A DNA stretch of 64,000 nucleotides from Candidatus Bathyarchaeota archaeon (GTDB lineage Archaea; Thermoproteota; Bathyarchaeia; Bathyarchaeales; Bathycorpusculaceae), in the NCBI GenBank assembly GCA_963826715.1, contig CAWGYA010000008.1:128001-192000 (forward strand), in the 5' to 3' direction. Position 1 is the first letter of the stretch. Every line of letters starts with the position of its first letter. This document shows, one piece after another, positions 10,052 to 19,515 of this stretch. Below the pieces are notes generated by a model. It was not told the DNA's origin. It saw nothing but the letters and a program-made list of their open reading frames with translations, and did not search any database. The position numbers and the translations under genes were made by a program.

Positions 10052-10363
10052 ATGAACATAATATTCGATTTCAATGCCAACTGGTTCATTCTCTTTTTCG
10101 CTTTTCTATCGGGATGGGCAGTTCTTATGATTGCAAGACGAAAATGGAACACACTAAAAGAAGCAAAAGAACAAGTTTTTCTTGCATCCGCCGGATTGGT
10201 TTCAATGGTCCTAATGGAGTTATTTGCCGTTTCAACCGGTTTGTGGCATTACCCGCCAGACAATTGGCCAATAATTCTATGGCCCAGCTATTTTGTAGCA
10301 ATACTCTTTGGTTATCAAATGCTGAGGTCAATCGAAGGCTTATTTTTACGCGCACGAATTTGA
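10052..10363 (+). CDS. Small three-TM membrane protein
   Basis: Hydrophobic ORF with E.FAV.TGLW.Y motif; TATA-like TTTTAATA/TTATA upstream. Confidence 0.7.
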   Translation: MNIIFDFNANWFILFFAFLSGWAVLMIARRKWNTLKEAKEQVFLASAGLVSMVLMELFAVSTGLWHYPPDNWPIILWPSYFVAILFGYQMLRSIEGLFLRARI

Positions 10364-11019
10364 GTCGCGTCACGCTAATAATCATTTCTTTGCATAGTTT
10401 TCTTTTCAAAAGAAAGCGTTAAAGTGCCTAAAGCATTAGTCGTCGTCGGCGCAGGCGAGCGAAGCGCGCCAAGCACGTTGCTTATCGGTACTTATCTTGA
10501 TAATACTGTCATTTCGTTCCTCATGGATAAGCTGGTTTGTTTCATTTTTACTCATTTTTTTCTTTCGTGTCAAGTTCTTCTAATAATTTGATTCGTTCCG
10601 ATAGTCCTTGATAAATTTCTTTCCAGTCAAAATGATATATTGCCATTTCTTGTTTTTGTTGTAGTTTTTCTTTTTCTTCCTCTGATAGTTTATTGTAAGT
10701 GTCCTTGTGTACACAGCTTAATTTATAAGCTAATTTTAGCGGTTTCTTTTAGTTTGCTTATAATTGCTATTATTGCTAAAACAACTTATTATCTCGCATT
10801 CATTTATTGGGGATTAATAGGCTTTGATTTCACTTTAGGTATACTGCTTGTTGCTATATATGACCAAAATAAACAAAACTAAGGAATCAAATACCTAACT
10901 AATAGTTATGAAACGTTAGGAATTTAGAATATTGTAGAACTAGTAATATCGCTTTTTAACCTCTAAACTAACTTTTGCTAAAATACAAGAAAGCTTAAGA
11001 GAACTTTAAGGTGTCTTTG

Positions 11020-11154
11020 ATGATTTGCGATTGGTGTGGAGAAAAACAGCCAGCTATGTTAAATGACAGAAAAAATTATCACACACTTGTAAACTATGTT
11101 AATAAACCAAATATCTGTAAAGAATGCTATAAACAAATGAAAAAACAAAAATGA
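11020..11154 (+). CDS. Zn-finger microprotein, 44 aa (not in ORF track)
   Basis: MICDWCGEKQPAMLNDRKNYHTLVNYVNKPNICKECYKQMKKQK has two CxxC pairs; AAGGTG SD-like and AAAGCTTAAG promoter-like motifs upstream. Confidence 0.65.
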   Translation: MICDWCGEKQPAMLNDRKNYHTLVNYVNKPNICKECYKQMKKQK

Positions 11155-11221
11155 TACAGCTTGATACCAAACAACCAAACTTAATTAAATTATGAATATT
11201 GGTGACTTAAACTAGTCATCA

Positions 11222-11350
11222 TTAGCTATATATTTTGAATTCGTGATTGCAGTTAGTGCAACAGTACTCTTCAATACAGAAAACATGATTCTTTAGCGTC
11301 TTTCTAGGAATTTTTACTTCATCGTTACATTCAGGGCATTTAGCGAACAC
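11222..11350 (-). CDS. Zn-ribbon microprotein resembling a shortened Cren7-type protein, 42 aa (not in ORF track)
   Basis: (M)FAKCPECNDEVKIPRKTLKNHVFCIEEYCCTNCNHEFKIYS aligns by eye with the protein at 46172-46342; GTG start. Confidence 0.65.
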   Translation of the reverse strand: MFAKCPECNDEVKIPRKTLKNHVFCIEEYCCTNCNHEFKIYS

Positions 11351-11765
11351 AAACACCTTCAAACATCAAAACAAAATAAAGTATACCTTAAGAAATAATG
11401 TTGTCACATTCTGAAACAACTAAATAATTAAATAGTGCTAATTACGCGGTCCAGTTCAAGATATTAAACAAATTGCATTCTTTATAAGCAAAGTTATCAG
11501 AATGAATGTATTGTGTTTATCCATTAGTTTCTCAGAGCATTACTATTAATTGGCAGAATTTAATTTAAAAATTAGTTAATATTACTTATTGGAAACCCTC
11601 TGACTTTTTCTTTCAAACATTACAGAGATCAAACAAAGAATTAGTCATCACCGAACCACAAAAACATCAGTCCACACTGCCACTATGAGTTCACCATTCT
11701 ATTAGTCAACTTTTCTGAAAAAGCTATTACATTGGACTATGAGATAACTCAAGAGAGGAACATCG

Positions 11766-12878
11766 TTAGGTTTTCCAGTTGGGTCCCGCTTTCTTGCCGA
11801 ACAATACCTGAATATGTCCAACCAAGATAATCACCATCCAAATTGAAGAATAAACAAAATAGTAGACGAAAAGCTCCTGAATCTTCAACTCCCTAAAGCC
11901 TAGCTTACGCCCAAATCCATAGAAAACAGCAGCAGTTATGGCAAATCCGGATAAAGAAATCAGCACCACCTTTAGCATGTCAGCTGTAGCCAAGGAAACT
12001 AGAAAAATGGGAAGGGCGATGTTGAATTTAACTGATAAGAATATGGAGAAAAAGAGCAATCCATTATACATCCATAGACTAGGAACTAACGCGCTCAAAA
12101 AAAAGACGGCTACTGAAGGGTAGAGAAAGAAGAGACTTGGTAAAAATACCTGCGGTTTCTTTATGAAGCGCCCAACAAGTTGTTTATACCAGTCCTTGAG
12201 CCAAAGGGCTTGCCCAATCGCCCACCTTCGACGTTGAGTAAACCAGGTACGTAAATCACCATGAACCACGTTTTTGACCTCAACATCCTGAGAATATGCA
12301 AAACGACTATTCTCGAGAAAAGCTCGTGTAGCAATATCTATGTCCTCTGCAACCACTTTGCGAAAACCATGAACTTTCTCGAACATTTCGCGTCGGATAG
12401 CAAACGCGGCACCATTGACAGCCGGGCACTTATGCATAAACCGTGAAGCTATCCATGAACTGATGTTGAATGTTAAATATTCATAATAAGCCATTTTTGA
12501 GAGTAACGATTTTCCTTTGATTACACGTTTTTTGATATCCAACACGTCAACATGCTGCATTTCCATAACAATTTTTCTGAGGTAATCAGGATCGTTAGGG
12601 ATGCCTACATCTGCATCCAGAAAAAGCAAAACTTTCCCAGAAGATAAGCTAACAGTATTGTTTAATGCATTAGCCTTTCCGATGCGCGTCTGATTTACTA
12701 TAAAAGTAACATTTTCTTTTTGAATATGATTAATTTTTTGAGTGAATTCTTCAGTTGGAGCATCAACTGTCACAAAAATTTCTTTAGATACGTTCTGGGA
12801 ACTCAGCTCGTGAAGCATGGCATCTAATTGATCAGATTCTTTATAGACGGGCACGAATATGCTGATATCGATATCCAA
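11766..12878 (-). CDS. GT2-family glycosyltransferase with C-terminal TM helices
   Basis: GKANALN, DAD, AED and QRRRW motifs of processive GT2 enzymes. Confidence 0.9.
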   Translation of the reverse strand: MDIDISIFVPVYKESDQLDAMLHELSSQNVSKEIFVTVDAPTEEFTQKINHIQKENVTFIVNQTRIGKANALNNTVSLSSGKVLLFLDADVGIPNDPDYLRKIVMEMQHVDVLDIKKRVIKGKSLLSKMAYYEYLTFNISSWIASRFMHKCPAVNGAAFAIRREMFEKVHGFRKVVAEDIDIATRAFLENSRFAYSQDVEVKNVVHGDLRTWFTQRRRWAIGQALWLKDWYKQLVGRFIKKPQVFLPSLFFLYPSVAVFFLSALVPSLWMYNGLLFFSIFLSVKFNIALPIFLVSLATADMLKVVLISLSGFAITAAVFYGFGRKLGFRELKIQELFVYYFVYSSIWMVIILVGHIQVLFGKKAGPNWKT

Positions 12879-12999
12879 CTGAAATCCTCAAATGCCTTCT
12901 CATAAGATATTCACAGTTATACACTCGTTGCTTTTTAAATTATTCTACATCCAGCACCTTTCTGGATATAAAAACCAGTAAAATGGGGAAAGATAGCAG

Positions 13000-13530
13000 T
13001 TATTGAGACGACAAAGCTTTTTGTAGAGAATCAGCACAGATAGGTCCGACACGGTAGAGAACTTCAGCTTCATGCCCATCAAATTCGAAATCTGCCTCGC
13101 TAAATAGCACACACATCTCAATTTCTCCATCGAGCAAATGTGATAGTTTCACATAATTATTTTTGGAGACTTCATTCGAAGGGTTAATAGTTGCTTCAAA
13201 ATATTTAGCCCCTGTCAGTTTTAACTGATTAAGCAACAAGGTTTTTTGAAGGCCGTGGCCTCGGTAATCTTTGTCCACTACTACTTCCCAGCTGAAAAAA
13301 GTATCAGGCCGCCGAGGCGGAACATAGCCTGATGCAAAACCAATTATTTTGCCACCATCTTGAGCAACTATGCAAGTATCTTGGAAGTCCCTGGCTAAGA
13401 GAAAATATGTGTAGCGAGAGTTTAAGCCAACGTAGGGTCGGTTGGCAACGAGGAGCTTGTAGACTTCTTTTATATCGTCTACCTTTACTTTTCGTATAGA
13501 AAAAGATGAATGAATGTTTGCTTTGGGCAT
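13000..13530 (-). CDS. EctA-like GNAT acetyltransferase (diaminobutyrate acetyltransferase family)
   Basis: LNS.Y.Y.LL...F..TC.VA, GF.SGY.PP.RPDT.F.W, EATI.PSN..S and GHEAE.L.R.GP are EctA family signatures. ATG lies 10 nt downstream of the aminomutase stop. Confidence 0.8.
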   Translation of the reverse strand: MPKANIHSSFSIRKVKVDDIKEVYKLLVANRPYVGLNSRYTYFLLARDFQDTCIVAQDGGKIIGFASGYVPPRRPDTFFSWEVVVDKDYRGHGLQKTLLLNQLKLTGAKYFEATINPSNEVSKNNYVKLSHLLDGEIEMCVLFSEADFEFDGHEAEVLYRVGPICADSLQKALSSQ

Positions 13531-13540
13531 AAGACCACTT

Positions 13541-14872
13541 TTAAGGGGTGGCTTTTTTTCTGCGCTCCAGCCTCTTATTTCCTTGTGGAACAAGTGAGAT
13601 GGTTTTGTCGTGGTTAGCTAAGAGTTTCTCGATACCAATTGGTGCCTTGCGCTCGTCTTCTTCAAGTTTATGCTGCAGAGGGCATTTTTTGCATTCTCTG
13701 TCACACTGGGCGGGCTTATAATCTTCAGGCTCATTATAAGTTGTAATAACACCTTCATAGTTGCGCAACACGGTCTTGTTGTCGGACCAAGAAATAATAT
13801 AATTTGGCATAACAGGAATTTTGCCTCCACCGCCAGGGGCGTCAATAACAAATGTTGGAACAGCAAAACCGCTAGTGTGCCCAATAAGACTTTCCATGAT
13901 TTCTATCCCTTTACCAACGGAAGTGCGGAAATGTGTAAGTCCTTCTGAGAGGTCGCATTGGAAGAGATAATATGGGCGAACACGGTTTTTGACTAGTTTT
14001 TGGTTGAGTTTCTTCATAATTTGGGGGCAATCGTTAACACCTGCCAGCAAAACTGATTGGTTACCAAGCGGAATGCCTGCATCCGCAAGTTTTCGCAGTG
14101 CCTCTTTGGCTGAGGGAGTGAGTTCTCGTGGGTGGTTAAAATGAGTATTTATCCACAACGGGTGATGCTTTTTTAGCATTGCAACAAGTTCGTCGGTTAT
14201 TCGGTAAGGAAGCACAACAGGAGTTCGGGTGCCGATTCGAATTACTTCCACATGATGTATCTTTTGCAGTTCGGTCAATATCCAGTCAAGATAATCGTCG
14301 GGAAGCATAAGTGCGTCTCCGCCCGAGAGTAATACATCTCTTATGTGGCAATTGTTTTTTATGTAGTCTATACCGCTTTGAATTTGCTCTTTAGAGGGGA
14401 TGTATTCGGAGTCGCCGACTTTCCGTTTACGAGTACAATGTCTGCAGTACATGGCACAACGGTTACTGATTAAAAACAGTACTCGATCGGGGTAGCGATG
14501 CGTTATTCCCTTAACGGGACTGTCTTTGTCTTCATGCAACGGATCCTTCATGTCATATGTACAAACTTTTAGCTCCGCCGGGTTAGGAAAAGCTTGTTTG
14601 AAGATGGGATCGTTGCGGAAATTTTCTTTCTCAATAAGTGAAGCATAATAGGGAGTGATGTTTAAGGGAAATTTCTTAACGGTTTCTTCAAGTTCCCGCC
14701 GCTCTTTACTGGAGAACCTTATTCCCATAAAATTTTCAAAAGCTTCTATAGTTCGTATAGAGTTTTTCAGTTGCCACTGATAGTCCTTCCACTCGACAAC
14801 GGAAATTTTGTCGGTTCGCTTGGAGGTGTAGGTTTGGTAGCTCTTTGGGGTTTCAGTTTTCTCAATAATCAG
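13541..14872 (-). CDS. kamA: Lysine 2,3-aminomutase (radical SAM/PLP), AblA/KamA
   Basis: [31 protein letters not shown] (PLP Lys) and LRNYEG motifs. Probable start is CTG at 14872 after GGAGAG; frame open to 14989. Confidence 0.93.
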   Translation of the reverse strand: MIIEKTETPKSYQTYTSKRTDKISVVEWKDYQWQLKNSIRTIEAFENFMGIRFSSKERRELEETVKKFPLNITPYYASLIEKENFRNDPIFKQAFPNPAELKVCTYDMKDPLHEDKDSPVKGITHRYPDRVLFLISNRCAMYCRHCTRKRKVGDSEYIPSKEQIQSGIDYIKNNCHIRDVLLSGGDALMLPDDYLDWILTELQKIHHVEVIRIGTRTPVVLPYRITDELVAMLKKHHPLWINTHFNHPRELTPSAKEALRKLADAGIPLGNQSVLLAGVNDCPQIMKKLNQKLVKNRVRPYYLFQCDLSEGLTHFRTSVGKGIEIMESLIGHTSGFAVPTFVIDAPGGGGKIPVMPNYIISWSDNKTVLRNYEGVITTYNEPEDYKPAQCDRECKKCPLQHKLEEDERKAPIGIEKLLANHDKTISLVPQGNKRLERRKKATP

Positions 14873-15021
14873 GGTTGTCTCTCTCCGGATTTGTTTTTGG
14901 GTAGATTTTATAGTTATTATATGTTTTTGACAAACTTTCTTTTTGCAAGAAAGCAAACTAAGGGGTTTCTCTATCCAAGGTAGGGACATTAATAAATTCC
15001 AGATCAGGGTATATCAAAGTT

Positions 15022-16050
15022 ATGACTAAAACCAAAGCAATTGGCTTGTTTTCTGGGGGTTTAGACAGCATGCTTGCCACTGAAATAGTGAGACGACAGG
15101 GCATCGAAGTCATAGCTCTTAACGTGAAAACACCCTTTGGTATCCCCAAAAAAGATGGCAGAAGCGAAGCGGAAGTCTCTGCTGAAGAACTTAAAGTTCC
15201 GCTGGTAGTTATCAAGGTAGACACTGAATACATCAGAATGCTGCGCCATCCCAAACATGGCTACGGCAAAAACCTCAACCCCTGCGTAGACTGCAAAATC
15301 TTCATACTAAAAAAAGCCAAACAATACGCCAAAAAAATTGGTGCAGACTTTCTTTTCACAGGCGAAGTGCTCGGTGAACGCCCAATGTCACAGCATGGAC
15401 CTGCACTCAAAACCATAGAATCAGAAGCAGGATTAAAAGGCAAACTGCTCAGACCGTTATCTGCACAGAGACTTTCGGAGACAGAAGCTGAAAAGACTGG
15501 AAAAATCGACAGAACCCAACTTTTATCAATCACGGGAAGATCACGAAAACCACAATTCGAACTTGCAAAGCAATACGGCATATTAGTATATCCATCACCA
15601 GCAGGCGGCTGTCTCTTAACCTGCGAGGAATACTCTAAGAAACTACGTGATTTATTAGAGCATAAGAAACGCGTTTCCGCGGCTGATGTGAACTTACTAA
15701 GGGTCGGCAGACACTTTCGAGTAAGGAAAAATAAGATAATCGTCGGCAGAAATGAGACGGAGAACAAGTTTTTAGCCAACAACAAAGCCAAAGGAGACTT
15801 CAAATTTGAACTTCCAGAGATAGTCGGTCCAGTTTCGATTTTGCAAGGACCCAAAACCAAAAAAGCTATACAAACCGCAGCTCAATTGGCGGCATGTTAT
15901 TCCGATGCTAAAACAGATACAGCCACAGTAAAGTTTGGCAAAGACACCTTTAACCAGACTATATCAGTAGTTATACCTAAACTTGCTGATGCGGATAAAC
16001 TAAGAGTTGGTTATTCTCAGAGTAAAGCTATAAAATCTGCTAAATGTTAA
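15022..16050 (+). CDS. PP-loop tRNA thiouridylase-like protein (ThiI/MnmA-like, DUF814 C-terminus)
   Basis: SGGLDS, NPCVDCK, TGEVLGERPMSQ, PAGGCLLT and GRHFR motifs. Confidence 0.85.
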   Translation: MTKTKAIGLFSGGLDSMLATEIVRRQGIEVIALNVKTPFGIPKKDGRSEAEVSAEELKVPLVVIKVDTEYIRMLRHPKHGYGKNLNPCVDCKIFILKKAKQYAKKIGADFLFTGEVLGERPMSQHGPALKTIESEAGLKGKLLRPLSAQRLSETEAEKTGKIDRTQLLSITGRSRKPQFELAKQYGILVYPSPAGGCLLTCEEYSKKLRDLLEHKKRVSAADVNLLRVGRHFRVRKNKIIVGRNETENKFLANNKAKGDFKFELPEIVGPVSILQGPKTKKAIQTAAQLAACYSDAKTDTATVKFGKDTFNQTISVVIPKLADADKLRVGYSQSKAIKSAKC

Positions 16051-16103
16051 GAAACAAAAAACCTTATCCCATCAATCCACTCTTTTAATGCTGAGGATCA
16101 ATC

Positions 16104-16937
16104 TTGACTATCGAGAGCAACCGAACTTTGGGCGGTTTAGGTGCCTTATTAACAGTTGTCGGTGTATTCAGCAGCGTATTTTCGATAATCCGATTTGCCT
16201 ATCCCAACAATTTAGCGGCTGACATCGCATTTTCAGGGATTTCGGGAGTTGTTGGAGTAATTTCTTTTGTAGGTTTTATTTTGTTCTTGGTTGCCATGTA
16301 CGGATTTTCTAGAGACTACAAAGAGAACAAAATATTCAACTACATCATTTACGGAATCGTAATCACAATAATCACTACCGTTGTGATAGCGGCAATAGGC
16401 TTTGTGTTTATCTTTGCCAACATGGGTGCTATAATTGCGAGTTGGACCACAAACCCCTCACAATCCGACCTTCTGTCTTCTCTTATACCCTACCTTGCAC
16501 CTTTCATAGCAATATTCGGGTTTATCGGGTTGATTAATGTAGTTTTCAATTTGTTAGCATTCAATTTGCTCTCAAACAAATCAGGTGTACCTTTGTTCAG
16601 AAACGGCGCGAGCGTGCTACTATTGGGGGCTCTGGTAACAATTGTAATTGGCGTAGTGCTGGCCGCTTTTGCTGCGGGCACATTAATATCTTTCGAAAAC
16701 ATCGGCATTATTACCCTCCCAGGAGCCTTATTGCAGGACGTAGGATGGCTGCTTCTGGCGCTGGCTTTCTTTAGGGTGAAACCGGCAACCAATCAAACAT
16801 TGCCCCGTTACATTGAAAATCCACCACCAGCGCCTTTTGAGGCAAAAAATTGCCCAAACTGCGGTGCACAAAACCTTCATGACGCAATATATTGCACCAC
16901 ATGCGGAAAAAAAATCCAATCAGAAAACAGCAACTAA
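16104..16937 (+). CDS. DUF996-like membrane protein with C-terminal zinc ribbon
   Basis: Multiple TM helices, IF.Y...G motif, CPNCG...YCTTCGK. Confidence 0.8.
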   Translation: MTIESNRTLGGLGALLTVVGVFSSVFSIIRFAYPNNLAADIAFSGISGVVGVISFVGFILFLVAMYGFSRDYKENKIFNYIIYGIVITIITTVVIAAIGFVFIFANMGAIIASWTTNPSQSDLLSSLIPYLAPFIAIFGFIGLINVVFNLLAFNLLSNKSGVPLFRNGASVLLLGALVTIVIGVVLAAFAAGTLISFENIGIITLPGALLQDVGWLLLALAFFRVKPATNQTLPRYIENPPPAPFEAKNCPNCGAQNLHDAIYCTTCGKKIQSENSN

Positions 16938-16948
16938 AATGATGCAGC

Positions 16949-17518
16949 ATGCTTGAAACTGTCTATTTGCACTTAGAGTTCAAGTCCAAAACTGACGAAT
17001 GGTCAGTTAACCTACCGTTTCTATGTACTAAATGCGGCATATGTTGCAAGTTGGATGATTTTTTGATGGCTGGAAAAATCAAGGCCAATCCAGAAGAGCA
17101 ACCAAGAATTCACGTTGAACTCAAAGAACTTTATGACAAACTGGCTATATTGCTTGATAAGGGCGAAGAAGAATACGATAACTACGTAATGAACACCGCC
17201 TGTCCTTTTTTAAAAGATAAACTCTGTAGCATCTACCAAATACGCCCAGAAGGCTGTCGCCGATTCCCCGACACTCCTTTTGCCCTACTCTCTGAGGATT
17301 GCGAAGCTCTAAACCGTTTTAAGAAACAACGCACCGCCCTAAAACGAGGCAAAACAACAAAAGAAACTTTTTGGAACACAACCGAACCCATAAAATCTGC
17401 GGGGCTTTCCGAAAAGCAATACCTAAGATGCTTTGATAGATTACTCAAAGCGGGAATAACTGAGAATGAAAAAGAACTCTTTGAGATTCTGAATCAGTAC
17501 GACAAAATAAAAAAATAG
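16949..17518 (+). CDS. YkgJ/CxxCxxCC family putative Fe-S protein
   Basis: CTKCGICC, CPFL....CSIY..RP..CR.FP motifs. Confidence 0.85.
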   Translation: MLETVYLHLEFKSKTDEWSVNLPFLCTKCGICCKLDDFLMAGKIKANPEEQPRIHVELKELYDKLAILLDKGEEEYDNYVMNTACPFLKDKLCSIYQIRPEGCRRFPDTPFALLSEDCEALNRFKKQRTALKRGKTTKETFWNTTEPIKSAGLSEKQYLRCFDRLLKAGITENEKELFEILNQYDKIKK

Positions 17519-17520
17519 AT

Positions 17521-17928
17521 TTATTTGAGGAATTTTCTCAGCATTTTCCCAAAGCTAGCCGAAGAAGCCATAAGCTGCTTGAAGGTTCTCAAATGTACAA
17601 ATGAACAATATTTTTGACACCAAGAAATAGCTTCAGGGGTAAAACCTGCAGTTGAAACAAGCATGCCGCCATCTACAGTCGATTTTTCTTTTGCAAGGGC
17701 AACTCTGGAACAGAACTTTTGAACCTCATAAACACCAATAGGTTGTTCACCGGGGTTTGTGCACTCTATTAACAATTTATGTTTCCCTTTTATGAAATCC
17801 ATTTCGGCAATGATGTGCGCTGTTCGGGTATGCAAAACCGTAGAAAAACGCGTATTGTAACCCATGAACCTAAAAAGAGGTTCAACTGTTTCCTCAAACG
17901 TTCGGCCATTTTGCAGATTATAGCTCAA
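17521..17928 (-). CDS. Stand-alone Mrr-like PD-(D/E)xK restriction endonuclease-fold protein
   Basis: GRTFEE.V..LF..MGY, IEC and VST.GFT.EA motifs; catalytic D and K appear degenerate (H, T). Confidence 0.75.
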   Translation of the reverse strand: MSYNLQNGRTFEETVEPLFRFMGYNTRFSTVLHTRTAHIIAEMDFIKGKHKLLIECTNPGEQPIGVYEVQKFCSRVALAKEKSTVDGGMLVSTAGFTPEAISWCQKYCSFVHLRTFKQLMASSASFGKMLRKFLK

Positions 17929-18085
17929 GCCCGTTCTCCTTTTTAGGAGGGAGAAAAATGACTATATTAGCATTATGGAGGAATACCTAAATTTTTAGGG
18001 CAGCGGATAGTAAAAAAAATGAAGTCATACCTTCACAGTGTTCTTGCTATGGATGGAAAACTAATAAGAGACCCAAGGTTCACAA

Positions 18086-18796
18086 CTATTCTTTCTTCAT
18101 CGCTTCCATCTTAAGCTCCTTGGGCATCAACTCAATCGCGTAACGCAAAGCAGTTCTTGGCATAACTTGTCGGTTAGCAACAACATAATCAAAGATTTCC
18201 TTTTGATGCATACGACTTTCCTCTTTGAGGAGCCACCCAATACCCTTCTGCACCATGTCATCCTCATCAAGCAATAACGCATTACAGATTTCCAAAGCAT
18301 CCGAAAGAAAAAGTCCCTTCTTTGCGGGAACAATAAAAGAAACTGCCGAAGCACGCTTCACCCAGCGATTAGAACTTTTAGTCCAACTTTTTACTGCACT
18401 CGCAATTTGGGGGAATTTTTGGATCAAGTCACCAACTGTATGGTTACAGAAGCCATCACATTTTGCCCAATTGTTGATATAACATTCAATCCACATCTTG
18501 AAAACTGCTATATCTTCGGGTATTAGGTAATTCATGTATTTTGGTAGCCAATTGTTTACAATAAAAGCTTCTTCAGTGTAATCTGATTTGAATAACTCCT
18601 CGCATAACTGAAATATATTTTGCTTGTCGAAGGTTTTTATTTGAGACCAATATTTTTTGGCGATTTTTTCAACAGTTGCAGTTTTTACGCCATAGAAGAT
18701 TGCTGATTCCTTGAAAAAGCGCTGAGAGCTCTGCTTAGTTTTTTCATCAGAGTTTGCTATAAGATCTATTCGGATTTGAGTGAGAAGAGATTCCAT
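18086..18796 (-). CDS. DNA alkylation repair protein (AlkD-like HEAT-repeat glycosylase)
   Basis: NNW..CD, W.KRA, D.DDMVQKG.GW.LKE and TALRYAIE motifs. Confidence 0.9.
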   Translation of the reverse strand: MESLLTQIRIDLIANSDEKTKQSSQRFFKESAIFYGVKTATVEKIAKKYWSQIKTFDKQNIFQLCEELFKSDYTEEAFIVNNWLPKYMNYLIPEDIAVFKMWIECYINNWAKCDGFCNHTVGDLIQKFPQIASAVKSWTKSSNRWVKRASAVSFIVPAKKGLFLSDALEICNALLLDEDDMVQKGIGWLLKEESRMHQKEIFDYVVANRQVMPRTALRYAIELMPKELKMEAMKKE

Positions 18797-18872
18797 GCAT
18801 TACCATTTAAACGATTAAAAATATGAGTCTTTGCAAAAGAGCGAATTATCTAAAATTAGGGAAATTGAGGGC

Positions 18873-19160
18873 TCAGTAGTCTTCCATTTGATAGAGCCCG
18901 AAGTCTATATTGAGACATTTTTCCGGTCCGTGGCTATTTTCTAAGTCGTATAGGTGATCCGTGGCTTTTTCTAAATTACTTTTTTTGGTTACCACTTTGG
19001 CTTTTACCATCCTTACTTTTACTTTGTTGTTTTTGGGTTTAGATACGATTGGGGTTGCAGTTATGACAAGTGAGTTGTCAAGGCAGGTAGGTTCTACTTC
19101 AACTTTGACGTCCTCAATAGATATACTGCATTTTAATTCGTCATTACAGTGTTTAGTCAA
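18873..19160 (-). CDS. Hypothetical protein translationally coupled to the RHH gene
   Basis: TTG start overlaps the end of the upstream RHH gene. Confidence 0.6.
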   Translation of the reverse strand: MTKHCNDELKCSISIEDVKVEVEPTCLDNSLVITATPIVSKPKNNKVKVRMVKAKVVTKKSNLEKATDHLYDLENSHGPEKCLNIDFGLYQMEDY

Positions 19161-19308
19161 CGCCTTTACGCCTCCATACTTCTGCGCTAATTAAATCGCG
19201 AATTGCGACTCTGATGGCTTCGGCGCGGTTTGGATAGAACCGTTCGTCCACCAGCTGATCCAAAGCTTTTATATACGTTTCAGGTAAGTACAGTGTAATT
19301 AGTTTCAA
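19153..19308 (-). CDS. Ribbon-helix-helix (CopG/MetJ, CdrS-like) regulator, 51 aa (not in ORF track)
   Basis: MKLITLYLPETYIKALDQLVDERFYPNRAEAIRVAIRDLISAEVWRRKGVD has the YPNR.EAIR.A.R.L signature; GGGGAG upstream. Confidence 0.88.
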   Translation of the reverse strand: MKLITLYLPETYIKALDQLVDERFYPNRAEAIRVAIRDLISAEVWRRKGVD

Positions 19309-19515
19309 GAGGGTTCGCTCTCCCCGGGTTTTATGAATATACAGCTCTACTCCGCACTTATACTTCTACATATTATGCTTCATATATGTACATAACATGT
19401 TCATGCCATAGCTTATAAAGTAAAAAACAGAGTTTCACCACAAAACTATCAAAACGGCCATACTCAACAGCACGTTTTTATGCCAAGACACAGCAACTAA
19501 CATTACCGACAAACA

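Noticed and set aside
10440-10882. Track ORF 10640-10882 (+) and short minus-strand frames
   Set aside because: The plus ORF is the T-rich antisense of an interrupted K/E-rich minus-strand fragment; decayed sequence with no assignable product.
13000-13530. Ectoine biosynthesis operon
   Set aside because: No ectB or ectC nearby; the gene is coupled to the aminomutase instead.
17521-17928. Active restriction-modification system
   Set aside because: Solo Mrr-like domain with degenerate catalytic residues and no adjacent DNA methyltransferase.
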